Shown: positions 1 to 11,328 of the stretch, piece after piece | How the letters are laid out: every line of letters starts with the position of its first letter | How positions within the stretch are numbered: the stretch's first letter is position 1 | Assembly: GCA_015680685.1 (NCBI GenBank) | Contig: MNCI01003127.1 | Span: forward strand, 38,176 to 102,175 | DNA length: 64,000 nucleotides | Origin: Gnetum montanum | Lineage: Eukaryota > Plantae > Gnetophyta | Reading direction: 5' to 3' | Made by a program: the position numbers and the translations under genes | Notes under the pieces: model-generated | Seen by the model: the letters and a program-made list of their open reading frames with translations, nothing else | Told to the model about the DNA's origin: nothing | The model's database searches: none

Positions 1-965
1 GACAAGAAAAACAATTCACCTTGATCATGATGCCCTCCTGAAACTCCTGTGGCCCAACCTTGGGACCAACAGCATCGGCGTTCTAACCCTCTTTCTTAGA
101 AGAGTCCATAAATGGCCCTGGACTGGAAGACGTACTTGAGCACTCATTGCAAGATGATTTTGCAGAAGATACGTAACCTTGATTGTTTCGGAGGCAGGAC
201 CGATGAAGCTTGAGCCTGAGCTTGATTCTGAGATTGAACCTGAACCTGTGCCTGCATCTGCGTAGGGTTTTGCTAATGATGTTGTTGTTGAAGGTGATCG
301 TATTCCTCCATCATGTTGTCAAGGTATTCATTCGCCAGCTGATATTTGATGCCAACGCTACATGGTATGGAGACTAATGGTTTTCATCGTCTCCATTTGG
401 CTGCTGGTCATGGCAAAAAATAACTCTGGTTATGATAAGGTGTCTTTGTTTGGGACCTTCTGGGTGATTCTCCCTGTTACTGTTTCTACTCTTGCTAATG
501 ACGTCACCGCTACCGCCACCATTTCTCTGTGCATCCATCTCTCTGGATCGACCTCGCAATTCTCGGTGGCTACAACTGTGCAGCGCGGTCTCCTTACCTT
601 GGTTTGGTTTTCGATATTCCCTTTTGAAAAGTCAATGGTATGTTTTTGATTTTATTTTTTTTTTGAGATGCTTGGCTTTTAATTCATTGTGAAACAGTAG
701 GCTCCGAATCTTTGCAAGCTGCCCTGGGCGTTTCTTTACATCTTCAACTATCACCTTATTTAACTCTAGAATGTCCGCACCATCTTTGTTTTGGGACATT
801 CAACCATGCCTTTGTGGATGTGAACCAATTAGCAAAAGCTTGTCTTAATCAACATGGTAGACTTCAAGGTGAAGAAACAAAATCTCAACAATCTCTTTTA
901 AATTTTTCAAAAATCACCATAACCTTATAAAGCCTATTCCATGAAATGGCCAAAATGTGCCAACA
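1..965 (-). repeat. E1 3' LTR (partial)
   Basis: Direct repeat of 5739-6706, ending GCCAACA next to the PPT. Confidence 0.95.
620..790 (-). pseudogene. UTP14: Captured UTP14 fragment, 3' LTR copy (CGA>TGA stop)
   Basis: Translates DGADILELNKVIVEDVKKRPGQLAKIRSLLFHNELKAKHLKKKIKSKTYH*. Confidence 0.8.
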
Positions 966-980
966 TTTCTACCCCCCTTT
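966..980 (-). promoter_or_regulatory. E1 polypurine tract
   Basis: Minus strand AAAGGGGGGTAGAAA directly before the LTR start TGTTGG. Confidence 0.9.
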
Positions 981-1170
981 AAAAGCATAAATAAATTTAT
1001 GCAGCCTTATTTTGAAACTGAACTGTACTGAAGCTTTTATTGAATTTTTACACCTGAACTGATAAATCTTTTTGAGGAAAATTTCCATCAAACATAAGGT
1101 TTGATGGTATAAAAACCTCATTCCTATCCAAACAAACAAACTGTACATTATTAAGTCCTTTGTTCATGGA

Positions 1171-3444
1171 CTATTCTTGAGATGGGAAGAGAATGGGGAG
1201 GATTACGCTAGTAGGAATCCTCATATCTCTAACCCTCTCATAAGCAATCTTTCTATTACTTTTTGGCTTGCTAGAGCTTTCAACTTGATCCTCTTGAGAT
1301 TTGTTTTCATCAATCCTCTCATCTTCTTTCTCAAATGAATTCTCATTTTCTTGGAGTGTACAAATTTTGTTTTCAACATCTCCTTTTTCAACCATTTTAC
1401 TTTTTCCATTTGAAGTAATGTTATCTATCATCAAAGGTTCACTATAGATGTATATTTGATTTGGTTCTCCTTTCCAAGGTAACCACATGTGAGAATAATC
1501 TGTTGATATGTAACCTGAGAAATTCTTGCTCCAACTTCTACTCAATAAGAGACTATGTGAATCTGGTATATCTGCCACTTGAATAGTTACTCTACTTCTA
1601 ATGCGGGGTTCAGAAGCAATTTCCAATAGAACATTTGGTAATTGACCCACAATCTTCACTCTACTTTTATCCACTTGAACAATCTTTTTATTTGATTTTT
1701 CAGGAATCAAACCAAGTTTCTTACATATAGACAATGGCATTATAGTAGACGTAGCTCCAGAATCAACCAAACAATTGTGTAAGAATTTATCCTTTAATTT
1801 CATTGTCAAAAGGAAAGGAGGAGCTTCCTTATCATATGAAGTCTTTAATTTCTCATCATTGTTAGACACATAACTTAACTCTGATTCTCTAGCTCTCCTT
1901 TTACCTTTAATGAATTCTAAAGCCTTTCTTTGCTGATCTCCTATTTGAAGCAACTGATAGAGGCTAATATTGGCCTTGACATGTTTAAGGTCTTCAATCA
2001 AATCATATTCTCCATCACCAATAAAGCTTGATCTCTTTATCCATTTATTAAAAGACTGATTTGGAGTGCTTTGCTCCACTTGATTGTCTTTACCTTTATT
2101 CTTATCCCTTCTACTTGGCTCAAAAGCTTTTCTCTTAGTAGATGGATCAGTAATAACATTTGGGGGTCTAGAAGTAGTTAGTCTTTCCTTAGATCGAAGA
2201 CTATATCCATTTTCCTCATTGTTATTACATTCTTCATCTGAAGACATATCTTCTTCAGAACTTGATAGAGAAGAAGTATCGCTAGATCCATTGCTAGAAG
2301 ATTTACTTGCATAATGAACACTAGATAACTCATTATCAGATTCAATATCAAGAAAGTTGGACATAATAAGGTCACTTTCATCCTCATCTTCTGCTAACTT
2401 AGTGTCTTGATGTTTATGCTTTCTATTTTTCCTTTCTTCCTTGATATTAACTCTTGCCAAAGCTTTTTCAAGCTTCACTATTTTGTTAGACATATCTCTC
2501 ATTAATTGTCCTTTTTCAGATCCTACTCTTTCATGTTCTTGCTCTATCTTAACATGAGATGGACCTGGTAAAGCTTTAAATTGAGCAAAATCTTGCATAG
2601 GAATCATAACTCTTTCTTCTCTTTTTTGAATTGCAATATTTTCTTCAGGATTCAAGTTCAACTATTTTTCTAACTGTATAGCTTCACTAAAGTAGTCATT
2701 TAGTGTAGTTAAGTTTGGAGTTCTCCTTAACCAAATTGAAATGTTGGGGTTGACAGCCTTAAGATAAGTTTCTTTAAGCATTTCTTCTGATGGCCTATAT
2801 TGTCTTTGAAAGAGTCCACAAATTCGTTGAAACTTGATGTTAAAATCTCTAATTGACTCTTTAACTCCTTGCTTAGCTTGTATTAGCCCACAGTATAGTT
2901 GTTGTTGATCTAATTGATTACCAAACTGGGCTAAGAAAAGATTCTTCATGTCATCCCAACTTGTAATACTATTACTTGGTAAGTTTGAATACCAAATCTG
3001 AGCCATATCCTTTAGATTTGATACAAACAACCTACAAGCTTGATCTTGATGTTGAATATTTGCATGAGCTAAAGCTAACTCAAACATGTGAATATATTCT
3101 TCAGCTAAATAAGCTTTTCCAGGAATAAAAGGCTCAGGCAAATATTTGTAAACTACCTTAGGAATATCATTGTAATTTTGAAATCCTAATGGTGTAACTC
3201 CTTGCCAAGGATTTGCCATCCTATTCCTTTGAAATGTTGAACTCTTAGACTTTCTAGATCTTCTCTTACGAATTGATAAACCAGAGATAATGGGTGATCT
3301 TCTTGATCTTCTAGTTTTCACTCCACTACTTGTTCCCAATTCAGAAACTTTCTTTTGTTCTTCTTCTGATGAAGAATCAGTCTTAGAATCTAGAATATCT
3401 TTTGAAACTTTGAAACTTTCCAAACTATGAAATTTCTTGGTCAT
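1171..3444 (-). CDS. Gag-aspartic protease polyprotein (~757 codons) with a single in-frame TAG at 2662-2664
   Basis: ORFs 2662-3444 and 1171-2661 are contiguous and in frame; gag motif (CRLFVSNLKDMAQIWYSNLPSNSITSWDDM); protease LVDSGATSTIM; ORF ends ~190 bp before the PPT. Confidence 0.9.
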
Positions 3445-3536
3445 GAACTGAAAATAGTATCTAATTCTTAAGCCTTACAAATAATTGTTGATGTACTAAA
3501 AGTATAAGGCTTATGAACCTAGAGGCTTAATTTTCA

Positions 3537-3554
3537 GCCCTCCTTCTAGCGCCA
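3537..3554 (-). promoter_or_regulatory. E1 primer binding site, tRNA-Asn(GUU)
   Basis: TGGCGCTAGAAGGAGGGC, complementary to the plant tRNA-Asn 3' end; 7 nt from the LTR end. Confidence 0.88.
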
Positions 3555-3561
3555 AAAGAAC

Positions 3562-6500
3562 TGTTGGCGACCGTTTGGGACGCGACCGCCAACGAGTGTC
3601 CTCGAACAGGATTTAGGTGCCTGCTGGTCTCTGGCAACACCAAGGCCCAGATACCTCCAAATAAACTCAGTAGTTAATGTGAGTATGTGTGTGTGCTGTT
3701 GCGGCGTGCGGTTGTGAGAAATGTAACGATTGCGTTGTGTGTAAACTACAAATGACTTACTTTAAAGAGATTCAGCCAACTTTGCCAAGTACTGTGAGTT
3801 GTTGAAAATTTCCTATTTTGTTCAACTGCCTAGTCTACGCGGTCCTTATAATACCTACTTGTAACAAATAAAATTTTGCAAAAACATTTGAGCACAACTC
3901 CGCAATCTACTCCTAATTTTCCCCAGAGAAAGAGATAGTTCCACAAGAAAACTAGAAATAGAGCAAGATTCGATGGAAATAAGCAGAAAAGAAAAGAAAG
4001 CAGATTTGTGTAGACCTCAAATATTTAAACAAGGTAAAATGACACGAGTAAACACTTCGCAATAAAGCTATCCCAAATTCAATATCTACGAATTGTTCAA
4101 ACTTCCAAGGCTCAAACAAGCAATATCTTCAAGACAATCCTACTATGCTACCAAAAATTGCTGCGTAAACTACCACGTACGAGACTCCATTTTGACTAGA
4201 TAATAGATGTCAACGATTGCATTCAAACAGAACCTTTAAAAGACTTGACAATTTCTAATTGAAATACCATGGGAATTCACTTTAAAGATAAAAAGAAGCT
4301 ATTCTGGTCCCATCAAAATACCAAAGATTTTCTGAACCCTCTCGACTACTGAATTGTTCAACGGCGTGACTACAAACAGAGGCTCTCTTACAACAATCCC
4401 AATAGCAGTTCCCACACGTTGCACAATAATGAAATTTACTACTAAAATGCTCTTAAGGCTTTTAAACACAAGCGCTTCTATGGCAAAATTTTAATAGAAA
4501 TTTCTATCGGGCAACAAGAACAGTAAGAGCAATCTAAAAATCCCAAAATTACTTGCCAAGGATGATACTATCTAAACCACTAGCTAAACAATTTAAATAA
4601 AACAAAAAATGAAATACATAACTCACAGGACTATGACAAAGAGGCTGAAATCTTTACTCTAGCAAGCCATCTTACAAGCAATCGTTCACAATTTCTTCTT
4701 TACAAAGCTCTTCTCAAGACCCCAAAGTGTGTCTTCAAGTGAGAGCCCAAGTGCTAACTAGTAGCCTTCTCAAAATGTGATGTCAAGTCTTCTCCAAAAG
4801 TCTTCCAAGTGATTCCAATGTCTTCTCAAAAGTGTGATGTATGAGACCCCAATGTGATGATCCCCAATTGTCCCTTCCTCCTTGACCCCTGAAATCTTTT
4901 TATAGGATTCAAAGGTAGGTAGGGAAGTTACATATTCAAAAATATCTCACCTAACTTCTCTCCCAAGTAACTTGGCCAACCAATTAGGAGATTACTTGCC
5001 CGACAAGTTAGGAGGTTACTTGCCCAAAAAGTTAGGTAAGTTACAACAATTTTGGATGGTTTCAACCACCAAAGAGATAAAAATGTTGCATCTGACATGT
5101 GTCCCATGTAGTTTCCAAGTGTCTTCATTCAGTTGCCAAGTGTCTTGATGGAGATAAACAAGTTGTAGGTGACAAGTATCCCATGCAAGTGACAAGTGGC
5201 CATTGTGGAGATACAGAGGTTGTGGGTGATAAGTGTCTTTTGTAGTGGTTACAAACATTTAGAAAATTAGTTATAACTACCATAGGAGGTTATGACTTCT
5301 ATAAGAAGTTATTATCATTATAAAAATACAAAAGTCACTTGTTATATATATATATTATATTTATTAGGATCTATTGAGGAGTCATATCTTCGCCCCCTAA
5401 TTTGATAAAATTAATCCATATTCCAGACCATGTAGATCTTCATCCTTTTCTTATCTCGGGTAATGCGATGATTTGGTNAATAAATGGCTTCTGCTGCTGT
5501 TGCTGGCTTATTATTAGTTACTTCCATGATTCACGTTCACGATGATTCCTGATTCTCAGTGGTGACAAATAAACTGAAAGCACAGCACCTGTGCTTGAGC
5601 CGTGAGCCTGAAGCTTTGAGTTTGTCATTGTGTACTGTAATTAAGAAAGAAAGCCACTATGCAGACCATCTCTGTATGGATTCAGTCCCTGGCCGTTCCT
5701 TGTCTCTGCGTGGATTCCTGAACTTGATCTTAGGCTCTGACAAGAAAAACAATTCACCTTGATCATGACGCCCTCCTGGAACTCCTGTGGCCCAACCTTG
5801 GGACCAACAGCATCGACGTTCTAACCCTCTTTCTTAGAAGAGTCCATAAACAGCCCTGGACTGGAACACATACTTGAGCACTCATTGCAAGATGATTTTG
5901 CAGAAGATACGTTACCTTGATTGTTTCGAAGGTAGGACCGATGGTGCCTGAGCCTGAGCTTGATTTTGAGATTGAACCTGAACCTGTGCCTACATCTGCG
6001 TAGGGTTTTGCTAATGATGTTGTTGTTGAAGGTGATCGTATTCCTCCATCATGTTGTCAAGGTCTTCATTCGATAGCTGATATTTGATGCCAACGCTACA
6101 TGGTATGGAGACTAATGGTTGTCATCGTCTCCATTTGGCTGCTGGTCATGGCAAAAAATAACTCTGGTTATGATAAGGTGTCTTTGTTTGGGACCTTCTG
6201 GGTGATTCTCCCTGTTACTATTTCTACTCTTGCTAATGACGTCGTTGCTACCGCCACCATTGCTCTGCGTGTCCATCTCTCTGGATCGACCTCGCAATTC
6301 TCGGTGGCTGCAACTATGCAGCGCAGTCTCCTTACCTTGGTTTGGTTTTCGATATTCCCTTTTGAAAAGTCGATGGTATGTTTTTGATTTTATTTTTTTT
6401 TTTTTGAGATGCTTGGCTTTTAATTCATTGTGAAACAGTAGGCTCCGAATCTTTGCAAGCTGCCTTGGGCGTTTCTTTACATCTTCAACTGTCATCTTAT

Positions 6501-6706
6501 TTAACTCTAGAATGTCCGCACCATCTTTGTTTTGGGACATTCAACCATGCCTTTGTGGATGTGAACCAATTAGCAAAAGCTTGTCTTAATCAACATGGTA
6601 GACTTCAAGGTGAAGAAACAAAATCTCAACAATCTCTTTTAAATTTTTCAAAAATCACCATAACCTTATAAAGCCTGTTCCATGAAATGGCCAAAATGTG
6701 CCAACA
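3562..6706 (-). repeat. E1 5' LTR (~3.1 kb; single N at 5478)
   Basis: Terminal inverted repeat TGTTGGC...GCCAACA; adjacent PBS; minus-strand TATA (CCTATAAAAAG) near 4897-4904. Confidence 0.9.
6358..6530 (-). pseudogene. UTP14: Captured UTP14 fragment, 5' LTR copy
   Basis: ORF 6112-6540 contains DGADILELNKMTVEDVKKRPRQLAKIRSLLFHNELKAKHLKKKKIKSKTYHRL, matching the conserved Utp14 motif LAKMRSLLF..E.KAK..KKIKSKTYHRL. Confidence 0.85.
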
Positions 6707-7527
6707 GTTTCCTACATCTACAAGGCCCTGTCAACACATCCCTATAATAAAAGCTATAAATATTAGCTCACAACCATCTTTATAGAGAGTCGATTCATAG
6801 TAGTAGCCAAACTCTTGTAGTTTTTACATTCAAAAGTTAGAATATTTTCCCAAGTGCCCATAGCAAGAGTCATTGAGTGTACAGATCTTTATTCAAGTAA
6901 GTGTTGTACCTAAGCATGACAATGTGTGTGATAATAAAGATGAGCTTCTTGATAAACCTTGCAGCATTCTAGATAGTTTAAATGTTTCATTCATGTATTT
7001 AATGTTTTCAGTTATTTATCCAATGTTTCTCAATAATTAAGCTAATTAAGTAATTAAGTGCTAAATAGTAATTAAGTAAACACATAAGTACAAGTGAACA
7101 CATATTCGCTTGGTAATCCCAGTATTATTATTGCTTGGTTTGCCTAATAGCATAGCACTTGGTAACCCAATAGTGGATATGTGGGTTCAAGACATGTATG
7201 GAAAGTGGGACCATATGCTTATGTTAGGATTAGTTATAGACTAGTTAAGTAGTTAAATTAAATTAGTTATTAAATTACTTCATATCTCTACTTTAAGCAC
7301 CAAGGAACATAAAACAATAAAAATATTATGCCTTGATTACACTTAACCATACCTTTGTACATCACAAGTGTATATTGGTAAGACAACGAATGACCATTAG
7401 AACAAGGTTCACTTCCTAGACAACTAGTGTACCGATAGACATAGAATTCATGGAATTTAACCAAATCATGTGTGAACACTTCGTGATTCATATAGCTGAG
7501 CATAGGGGTACCTTTCATTGCTCATCA
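6707..7527 (+). repeat. Distal part of an Athila-family LTR (3' or solo) interrupted by E1
   Basis: Colinear with LTRs 49204-50059 and 59130-59985; ends GCTCATCA; no PBS follows. Confidence 0.85.
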
Positions 7528-7610
7528 CTGGTCTTAATTTATGTCTAAAAGGTTTAGTTTTAGGTATAACTAGTATTGTTTGAGCAATGATAAATGGATT
7601 ATAAACCTTT
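7528..7610 (-). pseudogene. Continuation of host E0 pol (pre-RT segment)
   Basis: Joined across TSD CCTTT to 45509+, it reads SYEDLKVYNPFIIAQTILVIPKTKPFRHKLRP. Confidence 0.85.
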
Positions 7611-9342
7611 TGTAGCGACCAAAAATGTTAGCAGCTAGAACACCAAGGGGTACATGGGCGCACAACCTCGATCCTACCTCCACGTAAGGGTATTTGCTAG
7701 CAAACAAAGGTAGAGTACCCTAGACAATCTTGTCGATTGAACATGGACTTTTTCGACTACAATCGGGGTATCGAGTGCAGCTAGGGGGTAGTGTGGTTAG
7801 CCGAAATGCGAGTGCTAACATTGTGAGATAATTCTAAGCATTTTAACTATGTTCCTACTAGTACTGAGGCTAGCTAAGCTTAAGTGTAGCGAGGTTTCCT
7901 GATGCGAGAATGGCAGTGCAAGTGTGCAAAAATGTGTAAAGTAGTGAGAAATGCCTGTGTGATACTGAATGTCAAAGAAAATGCTTAAAATGCAATAGAG
8001 TTTGAAAGAAAGAAACAATGGTACCATCCTCGATAGGAAGTGTAGCAATTACAAATAAGCGTTGAGGAGGTACACGGTGTACAGATAGGATAATAGCAAT
8101 GTAGCCATAGTCTTTGGGGTGTCTTGAGGTGAAGATTAACGTCTACAGAAAAATCTATGCTTGTTGGGTTGGCTACTATGATGTCCTATAAGCTTTAGTG
8201 CACTACGATGCTGAATGAAATACAAAGGTGTTGCCAAGGTGTTGATACACTACAATGTGCAGGGTGCCCAATGTGCCTTGGGTGCCAAGTGGTACTCTAA
8301 AAATGCCAATTGCTTCTTTGGTTTGCTAATCAAATGCTTCAAATGCCCAATACTAGAATGAATTACCAACTCCTAGACTGTGGAATGCATGGGCATTTAT
8401 AAGCTTAGGGTTAGCGTGGAGTGCAGATCAAGCACCACATGGCAAAGGGGTAGGTGGGGCTCCATAGACCTCTACCATGCTCCCACTAGAGCAACTAGTG
8501 CTATTCTCTAATGTGCTCCAATGAACCCTCAAAGACTACTAGACTATGACTACATTGTCAAGACTACATCTGTCAAAGCCAAAAAAATAGCGCAATGTAC
8601 CTACAAACAGTGTAAAACATTGTAATTTGGAGGCTACACTCCAAGACTACGCTTTGCCCTCTTTTGAGTGAGATTAAGCATAGGTAAAATTTTGGGACAT
8701 AGGGGGTGCAAAGAAAGTGCAAGTTACTAATCCTACTTGCCAAAGGAGTGCTAGAGCTAGAATGAAGAACTATGCTAAGCCTTGGAAGCTTTTGGAGGTA
8801 GTTTCGTGTTGCTATGCTAGTTATGCCCTAGAGCGTAGCCCAATAGTTATGCAAAATTTTGCAATAAACTAAAGTCCATTGCTACTACACTCATAAGTGT
8901 AGTAGGATGGGATAGGGCATAGCATGGATACATAGAAAAATCTAGCAAAAATTGTAGTCCTTGTTCTTACTATGTCAACTATGCTTCAGAGCGTAGCAAG
9001 AGGGGTAACTTTAAGAGTTAGAAAATCTACCATATGCCTCTTCCATGCTGAGCTAGCTTGACAACTTATGGCTTAACACTCATGAAAACTAGCAACTAGA
9101 GTGCTACTATGCTTAAGAGTGTAGCAAGAGGAATGGAAGCATAGCAAGACAGTTAGAACAATTTTTGCGATCGTTGTTGGCAGTTAGAAAACTTTGAAGA
9201 TCTAGTCATCAACTCCATGCTATGCTAGCTATGCTTTGGAGTGTAGTCAGCACAATGAGAGTGTAGCACAACACTTGAAAAAAATTTGTCTTCTGTTGAA
9301 ACTTAGACAAATCTACTGTTGCTTGAATTTGATGGTGTTTAA
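7611..9342 (-). repeat. Element A 3' LTR
   Basis: Colinear with 43760-45508; PPT CAAAGAGGGGCTAG at 9343-9356; minus-strand TATA near 8395-8402. Confidence 0.9.
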
Positions 9343-10939
9343 CTAGCCCCTCTTTGTCAATGTTTGGAGGAGTGGCCCAAGAGATGTCAATAAAGAACCC
9401 AAAACACCATAGCAAGCATGACACCAACATTAGTTGTAAGTACCTGATCGAATGGTTCTTCATTGAGCTTAAGAGTGTTACATGTCATAGCATGCTACAA
9501 GTAATGGATGTAGGGAATTGGCTTGGGGATAGCAAGAGAGAAATGAGATGTAAATGATGTATCATGCTACAAGATGCAAAGTCAAGATAACTAACTATGA
9601 TCATGGCACTAGGATGGCTTATCGCAAATCACGACCTCTTGTCGAAGTGCTTGTGAGAAAGCCATTGTCCATAGCACCAAAATGGCTTACCCTTGACATG
9701 TTGACCTCTCATAGAAGTGCTTATGAGAATGTTGTTGCAAATTCAGGGTTGGACTAATTGCACAATTGTAACTTTATGAGATTTTACTTAGGGACTTGTT
9801 TTACACCCCCTTCCCCTTTTGAGTTTTATGCCTTTTCTTTTGCTTTTTTTGCTTTTTTCTTTACAAAATCCTAGCTGCAAGATGCTTTTCATCAAGTGGA
9901 CTACATGCCACTCAATAGGCTTTGCTTAGAGCCAACTACATTGTGCCTGTAGGACAAGTATTTCTTCCCTAGGATGAGTTGTGTTACATCTTCTTGGACT
10001 TTGACCAGCCCACAGAGGCTTCCCATGGGACAAGTTGCATCACATCCATCATGGGTTCTATAGTCAATTGAAAGAAGGGTTTCATGTGCATCAGAGAAGC
10101 TTGCAAGGAAGGTAGGAAAATGTAGGGTAAAGGGATAAATGTAGGTAGGCTATAGTAGAGTAATAGGAATATGCACTCTTAATCGGCTTGACGAGTCCAA
10201 CCAAGAACATGGAAGAAATGTGGTGCCTTGTCACTACGATGAAACATGCCTTTGAACAATTGCCTCTGGGGCTTCATCCTACAAACACAATGTAGAGAAG
10301 ACAAGAAAAAAACCACACAACATGAGAGATAAGAGCAAACTACTAGCTGCAAGGGCACTGCAAGTGCTGGACCAATTGCAAGAGCTTACAATGCCAAAGC
10401 AATAAGGCTAATGTAGATGCCAAAGCCAGAAAGCTACAAAAGCTCTAGCAGCCATACCAGAAGTGGAAACCCTAAAGAGGCCTACAAAGTGACCGAGGAT
10501 GATGGTAATGTAGGTGCTCAAGACTCCACACTAAGGATAGGAACTTGAAAATCTAGCAATATGGTAGGGAGCTACACTGCTAGATGCACTTCCAGGCCTA
10601 GAAAAGGGTGAGGGCTAGAGGATGGTAGTGCTATGGTTGGGCCACAATATTATTGGAATTTTAGCAGGTGGTGCTAATGGTGAGACCTCCAACCAATAAT
10701 GAAACACCCAAGGCCAACGATGTTGTTGGCATGGGCTAGGGGTGGTACTACTGGTGATGCTAGCAGTAGCTCTAGAAGGTCAGCAAAATGCCCAAGGGCA
10801 TCTTTGGAGGATCAGCAAGGAACCACAACACCCTACCTTTCACTGCCCATGAGGTGTGGATAGATGACGAAAAATCAGAAGTAATCGAGCTTGCTTATTT
10901 ATAAAACTATGTGTGTTGAGTTATGTGTGCTAAACTACG

Positions 10940-11285
10940 AACCCAGTTTAAGGTCCTAGTAAATTGCATGCTATGCTAGTTTAAGGTCTTAGTAGACTGT
11001 GAACTCAGTTTAAGGTCCCGGTAGACTGTGATGTGCTATTTATAGTCCTATCAGACTACTGTGTGCTAGTTTAACATCATAGTGAATGGTAGATGTTGTG
11101 CCAATTTAATGTCATGACGCAAGGATAAGCTATGCTAGTTTAATGTCATAGAAAATGGGTGTGTTATGGATGCTAGATTAATGTTGTAACCCATGGACAA
11201 GCTATGCCAATTTATAGTCATAGTGGACTTGTTGTGCCAATTTAATGTCATAGCAGATGCTCTATGCCAGTTTATAGTCATAGAA
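10940..11285. repeat. Degenerate tandem array, core GCYAGTTTAA(G/C/T)GTC, downstream of A integrase
   Basis: About 10 spaced copies of the core. Confidence 0.8.
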
Positions 11286-11328
11286 AACTATTGCTTACCT
11301 TGCTTTGTCATTGATGTGGTGCTACGTA

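Larger units (their letters stand above)
1..6706 (-). mobile_element. E1: young non-autonomous Tat-related LTR retrotransposon encoding only gag-protease (TR-GAG-like); 3' LTR truncated by window edge
   Basis: 1-965 repeats 5739-6706 (about 35 substitutions counted by eye, ~96% identity); PBS, PPT and gag-PR present in a 2.6 kb internal region with no RT/RH/INT. Confidence 0.92.

Noticed and set aside
362-930. Plus-strand ORFs of 66-95 aa duplicated at 6100-6671
   Set aside because: Conserved only because the LTRs are duplicates; they are antisense shadows of captured fragments with no recognisable domain
2656-2670. Programmed stop-codon readthrough between gag and protease in E1
   Set aside because: Context is TAG TTG AAC, not the CARYYA readthrough motif; a CAG>TAG deamination is simpler and common in this window. 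Only a family consensus could revive the idea.
3536-3554. tRNA-Asn gene
   Set aside because: Only the 3'-terminal 18-19 nt including CCA are present next to an LTR, so it is a PBS
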